A DNA stretch of 62,750 nt, filler included. It is 3 parts of 3 records of this genome, joined end to end, with 100 filler letters (N's around TTAATTAATTAA, not from the genome) between each part and the next. Parts side by side here need not be neighbours in the genome. Positions count along the whole stretch, not along the records: positions 27,000 to 56,439 come from SRR22947727_252; positions 56,540 to 62,750 come from SRR22947727_260; 1 more part is not named here. One strand, given 5' to 3'. Within the stretch, counting starts at the first letter, position 1. Each line of letters begins with the position of its first letter. Of this stretch, positions 50,137 to 59,481 are shown piece after piece. Both the position numbers and the translations under genes were made by a program. The notes under the pieces were generated by a model. That model had not been told where the DNA came from. It searched no databases and saw nothing but the letters and a program-made list of their open reading frames with translations.

Positions 50137-50190
50137 TTTCTCCGGTTTAACCTCCACAGAAAGAAAAACACCGGTTTTTTCTGTGTGCTA
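50137..50190 (-). ncRNA. rpsB (S2/t44-type) autoregulatory leader RNA
   Basis: Minus strand reads CACACAGAAAAAACCGGUGUUUUUCUUUCUGUGGAGGUUAAACCGGAG. It has a long stem (CACAGAAA/UUUCUGUG), the conserved UGGAGG, and a loop CCGG able to pair with the downstream CCGG. Confidence 0.72.
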
Positions 50191-50226
50191 GTTTTTTCAA
50201 GCTATTAATGATAAAACCTATAATTT

Positions 50227-53200
50227 TCAAGAGATATCTAAATTATAATCTAGTTTTTTGGAGTTTTTTAACAAATCTAAATGTTTATAAGACTTTAATG
50301 AATAATCATTGTTCATATTGAGATTAATAAGCTTATTATCTAAGTTTAAAAATATTGATATTTTACAATTGGTAGGTTTTTTTCTAACAAATAGAAGTTC
50401 CTTATATTCAAATAAATTTTCAGATTGAATAAATATTTCAATTTTTTTATCTAAATTATTAAACTCAGTTTCAAGTTTTTTAATAGATCTTATTATATAC
50501 CTTGCTTCATTATTATTTATAGTTTTATCTATATCAAAAATAAGTAAATTACCCTCTTTTAAAAGATATCTAAATTTACTAAGATTTTCACTAAATATTG
50601 ATAACTCATATTGTGAAGAGATTTCAGATATTGTAACAAAAGCGTATTTTCTTCCATCTTTATTTGATCTTTCCTTTATATCCAAAACAGAACCGCAAAG
50701 TCTCAATTTTTTAATACTCTCATCTGAAGTTACATCATTAAAATAATTAATATTTTGTATTTCAAAAAATTTGTTAGGATAATGTCTAAGAGGGTGATCA
50801 CTAAAATAAAAACCAACAACTTCTAATTCATTTTTTAATTTTTCACCTGAAGTCCATAAAGGAAGATTTTGATCAAAAAGATTTTTATCATTAAATGATA
50901 TTTCCTCCTCTTCAAAAAGTAAATTTTGATTTGATAAGTTGTTATTTGATCCAAATAAATTTACAATTTGAGGAACATTATAGAATAGCTTAGATCTATT
51001 TTGTTCAACTGAGTCAAATGAGCCAGATTGTATTAATTTTTCAAGTTGCCTTTTATTGACAACTTCATTTTCTACTCTTTTCAAAAAATCAATTACTGAT
51101 TTAAATTTTCCTTCCTTTTTTCTTACAGTGACTACAGATTTAATAGATTTAGCACCAACTCCTTTTATAGCACTTAGTCCAAATCTAATGGATTTTTTTG
51201 ATTCATTTTTTTCGATTGAGAATCTTTCTTCTGAAAAGTTTATATCAGGTTTTAAAAAAGGTATTTCTAATTTTTCTAACTCCTGCCTCAAAGATATAAT
51301 CTTGTCAGTTCTGTCGATAGAAAAGTTTAAAGTTGCCGTCATAAATTCATGAGGAAAATTAGCTTTAAGATAAGCTGTCTGATAAGATATTAGCGCATAA
51401 CCTGCTGCATGACTTTTATTAAAACCATAACCAGCAAATTTATCAACAAGATCAAAAATTTTTGAGGCTTCATTTTTATCAATATTATTTTTTAATGCAC
51501 CATCAATAAATCGAATTTTCTGAACATCCATTTCTTTCTGAATTTTTTTTCCCATTGCCCTTCTTAGTAAATCTGCTTCGCCAAGAGTATAATTTGATAA
51601 AACCTGCGCTATTTCCATTACTTGCTCTTGATATACTATGATTCCATAGGTTTCTTTCAAAACATCTTTTAGCATAGGGTGAATATAATCAATATTTTCT
51701 CTTGCATGCTTTCTATTACAAAATGAAGGAATATTGTCCATGGGTCCAGGTCGAAAAAGAGCAACTACTGCAATTATTTCTTCAAATTTATCTGGTTGTA
51801 GCTGTTTCAATACACTGCTCATTCCATTACTTTCTAGTTGAAAAACACCGACAGCATTACCCATGCTAAGTTGCTGGAAAGTTTTTAAATCATCTAAAGG
51901 AATACTTTTAAGAGCAAAATTAGGTTTCTCTTTTTGAATTAAAAAAACACACTCATTAATTACAGAAAGTGTTGTTAAGCCTAAAAAATCAAATTTTACT
52001 AAGCCTGCTTTTTCGACATATTTCATTGAAAATTGCGTTGCATTAGTTTCTGTATTTGGATCTTTATAAAGTGGGACAATATTAGATAAATTTGTATCAC
52101 CTATCACTACACCAGCCGCATGAGTGGAGGCATGTCGATGTACACCCTCAAGCTTTAAACTTATATCAACTACGTTAGAAAGAGTTTCATCCGTATCTAT
52201 AATATCTCTTAGAGATTTTTCAGATTTAATAGATTCTGCAAGTGTAAGGGGGTTAGATGGATTAAATGGAATTAATTTAGCAAATGAATCAACTTCACCA
52301 TAAGGCACTTCTAAAACCCTCCCTATATCCCTAACTGCTGCTCTTGAGGCTAAAGTTCCAAAAGTAATAATATGGGCGACAGACTCGCGGCCATATTTTT
52401 TATTTACATATTCAATAACTTCATCTCTTCTAATTTGACAGAAATCAATATCAAAATCTGGCATTGAGACTCTCTCAGGATTTAAAAATCTTTCAAATAA
52501 AAGACTATATTTTATTGGGTCTAAATCAGTTATACCTAAAGACCAAGCCGCAACACTTCCTGCTCCAGACCCCCTTCCTGGACCAACTGGGATTTTATTT
52601 TCTTTAGCCCAATTCACAAAATCAGAGACTATTAAAAAATAACCGGCAAACCCCATCTTGTTAATAATATCAATTTCAAAATCCAATCTATTTTCATATT
52701 GTTTTTTTTCTTTAATTTTATTCTCTTTAATTTTTTCTATTAATCCATTTTTTGCCATCTTAACCAATAACTGACTTTCTGATAGATTAAGATTATTTTT
52801 AAACCTTGGAAGTTTTGGTGTAACTTCTTTTGGATAATAACTACATGATATCGCAACATTAAAATTATTTTCAATAATTTCAGGTACGTCTGAGAATAAT
52901 TCAAACATTTTTGCATTATCTTTAAAAGCTATTTGTTCATTGGATGTTTTTCTGTTCCCATTATTAATTGTAGTTTTTTGAGCTACACATAATAATGCAT
53001 CATGAGCAGAAAATTCATCCTGCTCACCAAATTTAATATTATTTGTACCAATTATTGGAACATTAAATTCATTAGATTTTTTTATTAAAATACTTTCAAA
53101 AGAATCAATTTCAGAATCGTTAATTCTTTGTAGCTCAAATAATAAATTTTCATTAAATAATTTTTTTAATATATTTATTAATTCATCTGCATTTTTATTT

Positions 53201-53625
53201 TGATTATGTAAAATAATAAGTGGGTTATATTCACCACCCAAAAAGCAAAAAAGACCTTCTGAGTGATTTTCCAAATCTTTAATTGTGACTCCAATATCAG
53301 AACCTTTATTTAAATAAGAAATTGAACTTAAATAAATTAAATTTTTATAACCTGTTTCATTTTTTACCAGAAAAGACAATTGTGATATTTTTTCCTTTTC
53401 TCTAATATCAAGTAAATTTATAGAGGAGCCTATTATTGGCTGAATGTTATTACTTACACATTCTTGGGCAAATTCAAACACACCAAACATGTTGTTGTTA
53501 TCTGTAATTGCAAGAGCAGGAAGGTTATTTTTTTTAGCTAAACTAACTAATTTTTTAATCTTAAGAGTACTCTCTGAAAGTGAGTATGATGACAAACATC
53601 TTAAGTGAATAAAAGGCTTACTCAT
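50227..53625 (-). CDS. dnaE: DNA polymerase III alpha subunit
   Basis: GPGRGSGAGS, FERFLNPERVSMPDFDIDF, HAAGVVI, KFDFLGL, YGFNKSH; no intein. Confidence 0.97.
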   Translation of the reverse strand: MSKPFIHLRCLSSYSLSESTLKIKKLVSLAKKNNLPALAITDNNNMFGVFEFAQECVSNNIQPIIGSSINLLDIREKEKISQLSFLVKNETGYKNLIYLSSISYLNKGSDIGVTIKDLENHSEGLFCFLGGEYNPLIILHNQNKNADELINILKKLFNENLLFELQRINDSEIDSFESILIKKSNEFNVPIIGTNNIKFGEQDEFSAHDALLCVAQKTTINNGNRKTSNEQIAFKDNAKMFELFSDVPEIIENNFNVAISCSYYPKEVTPKLPRFKNNLNLSESQLLVKMAKNGLIEKIKENKIKEKKQYENRLDFEIDIINKMGFAGYFLIVSDFVNWAKENKIPVGPGRGSGAGSVAAWSLGITDLDPIKYSLLFERFLNPERVSMPDFDIDFCQIRRDEVIEYVNKKYGRESVAHIITFGTLASRAAVRDIGRVLEVPYGEVDSFAKLIPFNPSNPLTLAESIKSEKSLRDIIDTDETLSNVVDISLKLEGVHRHASTHAAGVVIGDTNLSNIVPLYKDPNTETNATQFSMKYVEKAGLVKFDFLGLTTLSVINECVFLIQKEKPNFALKSIPLDDLKTFQQLSMGNAVGVFQLESNGMSSVLKQLQPDKFEEIIAVVALFRPGPMDNIPSFCNRKHARENIDYIHPMLKDVLKETYGIIVYQEQVMEIAQVLSNYTLGEADLLRRAMGKKIQKEMDVQKIRFIDGALKNNIDKNEASKIFDLVDKFAGYGFNKSHAAGYALISYQTAYLKANFPHEFMTATLNFSIDRTDKIISLRQELEKLEIPFLKPDINFSEERFSIEKNESKKSIRFGLSAIKGVGAKSIKSVVTVRKKEGKFKSVIDFLKRVENEVVNKRQLEKLIQSGSFDSVEQNRSKLFYNVPQIVNLFGSNNNLSNQNLLFEEEEISFNDKNLFDQNLPLWTSGEKLKNELEVVGFYFSDHPLRHYPNKFFEIQNINYFNDVTSDESIKKLRLCGSVLDIKERSNKDGRKYAFVTISEISSQYELSIFSENLSKFRYLLKEGNLLIFDIDKTINNNEARYIIRSIKKLETEFNNLDKKIEIFIQSENLFEYKELLFVRKKPTNCKISIFLNLDNKLINLNMNNDYSLKSYKHLDLLKNSKKLDYNLDIS

Positions 53626-54302
53626 TTTAATATTAATTTCTTATTTCTAAATTCATATTTATTATTTGCCATATCAGCATATTTTTGATTATGTGTTACA
53701 TAAAGGAAAGATATATTATTACTCTTTATAAATTTTAGAAAAAAATTAATTATTTCATCAGATGTATCTTCATCTAAGTTGCCAGTCATTTCATCAGCTA
53801 ATATCAAATCTGGTTTATTGATAAGTGCCCTTGCAGAAGCTACACGTTGCTGTTCTCCTCCGGATAATTTATTTGGCTTGATGTCTTTTTTCTCAAGTAT
53901 TCCAAAGATATCTAATAATTCACATGCCTCTTTATTAACTATCGATTCATTATTTTTACTTATCAATCCAGGTAAAATAACGTTTTCTAAAACACTTAAT
54001 TCGGGAATTAAATTAAAGAATTGATGAATAAAGCCAATTTTTTTGTTCCTAATATTACTTAATTGATTACTGCTAAAAGTCTTAGTTACCTTACCTTCAA
54101 ACAAAAATTGACCTTCAAAATTTGAATCTAGAAGTCCTAAAATATTAAGAAGAGTAGACTTGCCACAACCGGATGATCCAACAATGGAAGTGATACTATT
54201 TTTAGTTATTGTAAAATTAAGATTTTCAAATATTAACAATTCATTATTATTCGATAAATAAAATTTCTTTTTTAGGTTATTAATTTCAATAAAATTATTC
54301 AT
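53622..54302 (-). CDS. lolD: Lipoprotein-releasing ABC ATPase LolD
   Basis: GSSGCGKST, IGFIHQF, LSGGEQQR, ADEMTGNLD, VTHN; located next to lolC/E. Confidence 0.9.
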   Translation of the reverse strand: MNNFIEINNLKKKFYLSNNNELLIFENLNFTITKNSITSIVGSSGCGKSTLLNILGLLDSNFEGQFLFEGKVTKTFSSNQLSNIRNKKIGFIHQFFNLIPELSVLENVILPGLISKNNESIVNKEACELLDIFGILEKKDIKPNKLSGGEQQRVASARALINKPDLILADEMTGNLDEDTSDEIINFFLKFIKSNNISFLYVTHNQKYADMANNKYEFRNKKLILK

Positions 54303-55545
54303 TTTTTAAAATATTAACTGGGTCAATATTTGATGCTCTAATTGCAGGAAATATTGTTGATAATATAGTTATTACTAAAGATATAAAAAACACAAAAAAC
54401 ACTTCTTCATACTTAATATCTGAAGGAAGTGTTGATAAAAAATAAACTTCCTCTGAAAAAAGCTCAGTTTCTAAAAGATTTTCAAGAACTATTTGAATAT
54501 ATTTTAAATTTTCAGTTATAATTATACCAAAAAAAGTTCCCAAAACAGTACCTATTAAACCAATAGCTAATCCAATAAGAAAAAATACTTTTAAAATTCC
54601 TATTTTACTAAATCCTAGTGTTTTTAGTATTGCAATATCTTTGTTTTTTTCTTTAACAAAAATCACTAAACCAGAAATAATATTCATTGAGGCTACAACT
54701 ATTATTAAAGAAAGTATTAAAAACATAACATTTTTTTCTACTTTTAAAGCATTCATTAAGGATGAATTTCTTTCCACCCATGAAATAGAATAAAGACTCA
54801 AAATTTTATTTTTTATTTTTGAATCTATTTGACTCTTAAAGTTATTAACTAATAAAGGATTATCTAAATAAAACTCTATTCTATTAAAATAATTATTTTC
54901 AAATAATAATAATCTCTGAGCAAGTTCTAAAGAAATAAATACAAGACCAACATCATATTCATACATTCCAAAATCAAATATTCCACTAACTGTTAATGTT
55001 TTAAATCTAGGAATGTCTCCTAATAAAGATTTATCAGTTTTTGGAATAGCTAACTTTAATTTCTCTCCTATTTTTAAATTTAATTCTTTTGCCAATGCGT
55101 CTCCAATTACAATCTGATTAAAATTAATAGAAGATAATTTTTTAGTAATTATTTTATTATATAAATAATGATTAGAGTTCAGATCTTCATAACCTCTAAT
55201 AATAACTCCTTTAGATATTTCATTACTTATAACTAGTCCTTGTGTTTCAATTGAAGGAAGAAAACTATCATAATCTTTAGAGTCTAAATTGATTCTTAAT
55301 GTGCTAACATCCTCTAAATTTATTTTTTCATTAAAAGAATATATATTTAGATGAGAATTAATGCCTATCAATCTTTCTGTTAAATTGGTTCTGAAGCCAT
55401 TCATGACTGACATAACTATAATAATTGCTGCTACTCCTAATGCTATACCGATTATTGAAAACCATGAAAATATTGACACATATCCTTCAGTTTTTTTTGA
55501 GAGTAAGAAGCGTTTTGTTAATAATATCTCTGATTTAGAAAGCAT
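54295..55545 (-). CDS. lolE: Lipoprotein-releasing ABC permease LolC/E
   Basis: GIALGVAAIIIVMSVMNGF, EKNVMFLIL, IAILKTLG, PAIRAS..DP..IL. Confidence 0.9.
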   Translation of the reverse strand: MLSKSEILLTKRFLLSKKTEGYVSIFSWFSIIGIALGVAAIIIVMSVMNGFRTNLTERLIGINSHLNIYSFNEKINLEDVSTLRINLDSKDYDSFLPSIETQGLVISNEISKGVIIRGYEDLNSNHYLYNKIITKKLSSINFNQIVIGDALAKELNLKIGEKLKLAIPKTDKSLLGDIPRFKTLTVSGIFDFGMYEYDVGLVFISLELAQRLLLFENNYFNRIEFYLDNPLLVNNFKSQIDSKIKNKILSLYSISWVERNSSLMNALKVEKNVMFLILSLIIVVASMNIISGLVIFVKEKNKDIAILKTLGFSKIGILKVFFLIGLAIGLIGTVLGTFFGIIITENLKYIQIVLENLLETELFSEEVYFLSTLPSDIKYEEVFFVFFISLVITILSTIFPAIRASNIDPVNILKNE

Positions 55546-56438
55546 TAAGATTTAAGCTTTTGTAAAGCAACTTTCTTAACATCATCAATCTGAACTTTTT
55601 CTGATTTACCCAATATTCTATCTTTTATTTCTATTATTCCTTCAGCTAAATCTCTTTTACCAATTATTAATTGAATTGGAGTACCAATTAAATCATTATC
55701 AGATAATTTTTTACCAATGCTGCAATTTCTATCATCATATAATATATCAATATTTTTACTCATAAAATATGAATAATATTCTACTGATTTTGTGTTACAA
55801 TTTTGATCATCTGGCATTAAATTTACAACACTTAATTTAAATGGAGCGATAGACTTAGGCCATTTTATACCTTTCTCATCGTGATTTGCTTCAATTAAGG
55901 CTCCTACTAATCTTGAAACCCCAATACCATATGAGCCCATATGAACAGCTACTCTTTTGCCATTACTGTCTTGAACATAAGCATTTAATTTCTCTGAATA
56001 TTTTGTTCCAAAATAAAATATATGACCAACCTCTATTCCTTTGGAAATTTTTAGATCTTTTATTGGAATTGGACAATCTTGTTCATTATGTTGATCATCA
56101 ACAGCAGCATAATAAGATTGTAATTTATCCGGATCAAGACTTTCAGTGTCTAAACTCTCTAACTCCCTATCATAGTATAATGTGCTCTCACCAGTATTTG
56201 CTAAAACTTGAAACTCATGACTTAAATTACCACCAATAGGGCCTGTTTCAGCCCTCAAAGAAATTGGTGTTAACCCCATTCTCAAAAAAGTTTTAATATA
56301 AGCTTTAAACATTTTGTTATATGAAATTTTTGCAGCATCTTCATTTAAATCAAAAGAATAGTTATCTTTCATTAAAAATTCCCTACCCCTCATTACTCCA
56401 AAGCGCGGCCTAACTTCATCTCTAAATTTCCATTGAAT
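55545..56438 (-). CDS. proS: Proline--tRNA ligase (short alpha type), 3' part (truncated)
   Basis: QWKFRDEVRPRFGVMRGREFLMKD, GIEVGHIF, MGSYGIGVSRL; no INS editing domain in the visible part. Confidence 0.95.
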   Translation of the reverse strand: MQWKFRDEVRPRFGVMRGREFLMKDNYSFDLNEDAAKISYNKMFKAYIKTFLRMGLTPISLRAETGPIGGNLSHEFQVLANTGESTLYYDRELESLDTESLDPDKLQSYYAAVDDQHNEQDCPIPIKDLKISKGIEVGHIFYFGTKYSEKLNAYVQDSNGKRVAVHMGSYGIGVSRLVGALIEANHDEKGIKWPKSIAPFKLSVVNLMPDDQNCNTKSVEYYSYFMSKNIDILYDDRNCSIGKKLSDNDLIGTPIQLIIGKRDLAEGIIEIKDRILGKSEKVQIDDVKKVALQKLKS

Positions 56439-56439
56439 A

Positions 56440-56539
56440 NNNNNNNNNNNNNNNNNNNNNNNNNNNNNNNNNNNNNNNNNNNNTTAATTAATTAANNNNN
56501 NNNNNNNNNNNNNNNNNNNNNNNNNNNNNNNNNNNNNNN
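56440..56539. other. Artificial contig linker
   Basis: N44-TTAATTAATTAA-N44, identical to the first linker. Confidence 0.98.
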
Positions 56540-56567
56540 GGCGGTTCGAATCCGCCTCTCGCTACCA
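56540..56567 (+). tRNA. 3' end of a tRNA (T arm, acceptor 3' strand, CCA); isotype not visible, possibly Met
   Basis: GGCGG-TTCGAAT-CCGCC T-arm followed by TCTCGCT-A-CCA; the anticodon is lost in the gap. Confidence 0.85.
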
Positions 56568-56572
56568 AAAAA

Positions 56573-57394
56573 ATGAAAAATATATCAATATTTTGCTTAA
56601 CGTTAAATCCGGAGCACGAAAAAATTATAGAAAAATTATCCTACATACCAGTTGGACTAGGAAATAAAATCTTCTCCGATGAATGCTTAACAGATAAAAA
56701 CGGTGATAACATATCTAACAAAAACCCATTTTATGGTGAATATACTTTTCATTATTGGATCTGGAAAAATTATTTAAATCAAATAAAAACAGAATGGGTT
56801 GGATTTTGTCAATATAGAAAATTTTTTGCACAAAAAAAAATAATAGAAAATAATATAAATTTTGAAGATTTGAATAAATTATTAATTCATGAAATTAATA
56901 AAAAGGATGAAATATTTGACTGTTTTTTGGGAAATAAATTTTCTGTAAAAAATTATAAAATATCAAAAATAATTAAAAAACATTTTTTTGATTTTTTACT
57001 AAATCCTAAATTAATTTTTAACAAAAATAAAAGAAATCTCAAGTTTCATTTTGATCTATTTCATGGGAAAGGAAATTTAGACATGGCTATCTCACTGCTT
57101 GATAAGAATTATCAAAATGATTTTAAATATTACATGGAAAATAATACAGAGTTTTATCCACATAATATGTTTATTTGCAAAACAGAAAAAATTAAAAATT
57201 ATTATGAGATTATATTTCCCTGGTTAAAAAAATGTGAAAAAATATTTGGATTCGATAACTTGGATAGCTATGGAACAAAAAGAATTTATGGTTTTTTAGC
57301 TGAGAGATTCTTATCATTCTGGTTTTCAAAAAGTTTTACAATAAAGGAATTACCAATTATTGGAAAAGATTTGACTGATTATAAAAATTTATAG
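56573..57394 (+). CDS. DUF4422 family putative glycosyltransferase
   Basis: DKNGDNISNKNPFYGEYTFHYWIWKN, VGFCQYRKFF, HNMFI, RIYGFLAERF. Confidence 0.85.
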   Translation: MKNISIFCLTLNPEHEKIIEKLSYIPVGLGNKIFSDECLTDKNGDNISNKNPFYGEYTFHYWIWKNYLNQIKTEWVGFCQYRKFFAQKKIIENNINFEDLNKLLIHEINKKDEIFDCFLGNKFSVKNYKISKIIKKHFFDFLLNPKLIFNKNKRNLKFHFDLFHGKGNLDMAISLLDKNYQNDFKYYMENNTEFYPHNMFICKTEKIKNYYEIIFPWLKKCEKIFGFDNLDSYGTKRIYGFLAERFLSFWFSKSFTIKELPIIGKDLTDYKNL

Positions 57395-57912
57395 ATTTTT
57401 AAAAAATCTTTAAAGCTTGGTAATTTACTATCTTTTTTAGAGATACTAAATTTTTTCCTTGGCCATTTAATATTTAATGATTTATCCATTAAATTCACTC
57501 CATTTTCAAACTCTGGTTTGTAAAAATTTGTAAGTTTATAGTAAATTATATTATAATTATCATAGCTATAATATGCATGACCAAACCCCTCGGGAATATA
57601 AAGACTTAAGCAATTTTTCTCTGATAATATTATTTTATATGTTTTTCCAAATGTTTTTGAATTTTTTCGTAAATCAATAACATAGTCCAGAATTTTACCT
57701 TTTAAAACACTTACAAATTTTGCTTGCTGATATTTATATTGAAAATGAAAACCTCTTAGAGCATTGGCTTTTGATGTAGTGCAATACTCAAATACAAAAT
57801 TTTTTTTTAAAATTTTTTTATTAAAAGTTTCTCTTAAACTTCCTCTTTTATCTGGATTATTTTTTTGTTTTATTACTAATAAATCTTTAATTTTAGTTTT
57901 AATAATCTTCAT
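57379..57912 (-). CDS. rmlC: dTDP-4-dehydrorhamnose 3,5-epimerase
   Basis: DKRG, LRGFHFQ, QAKFV, IDLRKNSKTFG, YIPEGFGH, ISKKD. Confidence 0.93.
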   Translation of the reverse strand: MKIIKTKIKDLLVIKQKNNPDKRGSLRETFNKKILKKNFVFEYCTTSKANALRGFHFQYKYQQAKFVSVLKGKILDYVIDLRKNSKTFGKTYKIILSEKNCLSLYIPEGFGHAYYSYDNYNIIYYKLTNFYKPEFENGVNLMDKSLNIKWPRKKFSISKKDSKLPSFKDFLKIYKFL

Positions 57913-57914
57913 AT

Positions 57915-58610
57915 TTATAAAAGTTTATTCATTTTATTTAAATTCATATAAATATTTAAAGGAAGCTGACCTTTAGATTTCTTTTTTTTAACATCTTTTT
58001 TATATTTTTTTGCAAATTTATAAATAGTTTGAGATTTTCCACCTATATTAATAATTCCTTTGTGTTTAATCATCTTTAAGAAAATTTTAATAAATTGATC
58101 CTGATATATAAAATTACACTTAACATTCGAAAAAGCCTCTTTATGTATAAAAGGTTTTTCTGTCATACAAGCTCTGATTATCAAAGAATTCTTATACATC
58201 TGTACAGCAGACTCTGCCCCAAGTTTTGACCATCCATAATTATTCCAAGGAAGCACAGGATCGTTTTCTTTGTAATTGCCTTTAGTACCCGGATAAACAT
58301 AGCTTGTAGAAAAAAAAATTATTTTTATTTTTTTTTCAACACACATTTTTACCAAATTAGCTGTACCTATAATATTAAGATCTATGCTCCTGTTTATTTC
58401 ATTTTCATGAACCGACATTGGTCTTGATAAACCAGCTAAATGTAGAACAATATCAGGTTTTTCTTTTTTAATATTCTTATCAATCGATTTTAAATTTAAT
58501 ATATTAAGTTGTTTTTTATTTTTAAATAAAAATTTATAATTACTCTTAAACTTTTTAAGCTCCTTAGAAAATCGCCCTTCGCCGCCGGTGACAATTATTT
58601 TTTTTACCAT
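57915..58610 (-). CDS. rmlD: RmlD-like sugar-nucleotide reductase (short form)
   Basis: VTGGEGRFS, HLAG, FSTSYVY.G, YGWSK; located within the rml cluster. Confidence 0.72.
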   Translation of the reverse strand: MVKKIIVTGGEGRFSKELKKFKSNYKFLFKNKKQLNILNLKSIDKNIKKEKPDIVLHLAGLSRPMSVHENEINRSIDLNIIGTANLVKMCVEKKIKIIFFSTSYVYPGTKGNYKENDPVLPWNNYGWSKLGAESAVQMYKNSLIIRACMTEKPFIHKEAFSNVKCNFIYQDQFIKIFLKMIKHKGIINIGGKSQTIYKFAKKYKKDVKKKKSKGQLPLNIYMNLNKMNKLL

Positions 58611-58614
58611 TTCA

Positions 58615-59481
58615 TTAAATTAGTTTTTTAAGATAATTCGAATAGATGCAATTCCCATAAAAATTAATAGCATCTTTAATTCCTGTTTTATTTATCCAGC
58701 CATTATTAAAAGCTATTTCTTCAAGACACGCAATTTTAAAACCCTGTCTATTTTCTAAAGCCGAAACAAATATTGAAGTATTGTAAAAGTCATCCATTGA
58801 GCCAGTGTCAAGCCAAGCTCCACCTCTACCTAAAAATTCAATGTTTAATTTATTTTTTTTTCTATATTTGTTTAGTAAATCAACAATTTCCAATTCATTT
58901 CTTTTTGATGGTTTTAAAGTTTTACTATAATTTACAGCTTTGTTATCAAAAAAGTAAAGGCCTGTGATAGCGAGATTTGAATCTGATTTTTTAGGTTTTT
59001 CTCTAATCGACAATACTTTATTTTTATTATTAGTCTTTGCTATCCCGTACAGTTCTGGCTTGCTTACCGGATGAACTAAAATTTTACAACCCGATTTTAA
59101 TTTTATACAGCTTTTTAATTTTTTTGTTAAACTTTGACCGTAAAAAAAATTATCACCTAAAATTAAGACAACATTATCTTTTCCAATAAATTGCTCACCT
59201 AATATAAATGCATCTGGAAGACCTTTAGGACTTTCTTGCTCAATATAAGTAATTTTAATTCCAAATCTTCTCCCATCTTGAAGAATTTTTTTAAATTGAT
59301 TTAACTGACCTTTGTTAACAATTATCAAGACATTTTTAATCCCAGCTAACATTAAAACAGATAGAGGATAGTAAATTAAAGGCTTGTCATAAATAGGTAA
59401 TAGTTGTTTATTAACCGCCTTCGTAAGTGGGCTCATCCTTGTACCGTGTCCACCAGCTAAAATAATTCCTTTTTTTATCAT
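58615..59481 (-). CDS. rmlA: Glucose-1-phosphate thymidylyltransferase
   Basis: KGIILAGGHGTR, KQLLPIYDKP, LILGDNFFYG, AITGLYF, WLDTG. Confidence 0.96.
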   Translation of the reverse strand: MIKKGIILAGGHGTRMSPLTKAVNKQLLPIYDKPLIYYPLSVLMLAGIKNVLIIVNKGQLNQFKKILQDGRRFGIKITYIEQESPKGLPDAFILGEQFIGKDNVVLILGDNFFYGQSLTKKLKSCIKLKSGCKILVHPVSKPELYGIAKTNNKNKVLSIREKPKKSDSNLAITGLYFFDNKAVNYSKTLKPSKRNELEIVDLLNKYRKKNKLNIEFLGRGGAWLDTGSMDDFYNTSIFVSALENRQGFKIACLEEIAFNNGWINKTGIKDAINFYGNCIYSNYLKKLI

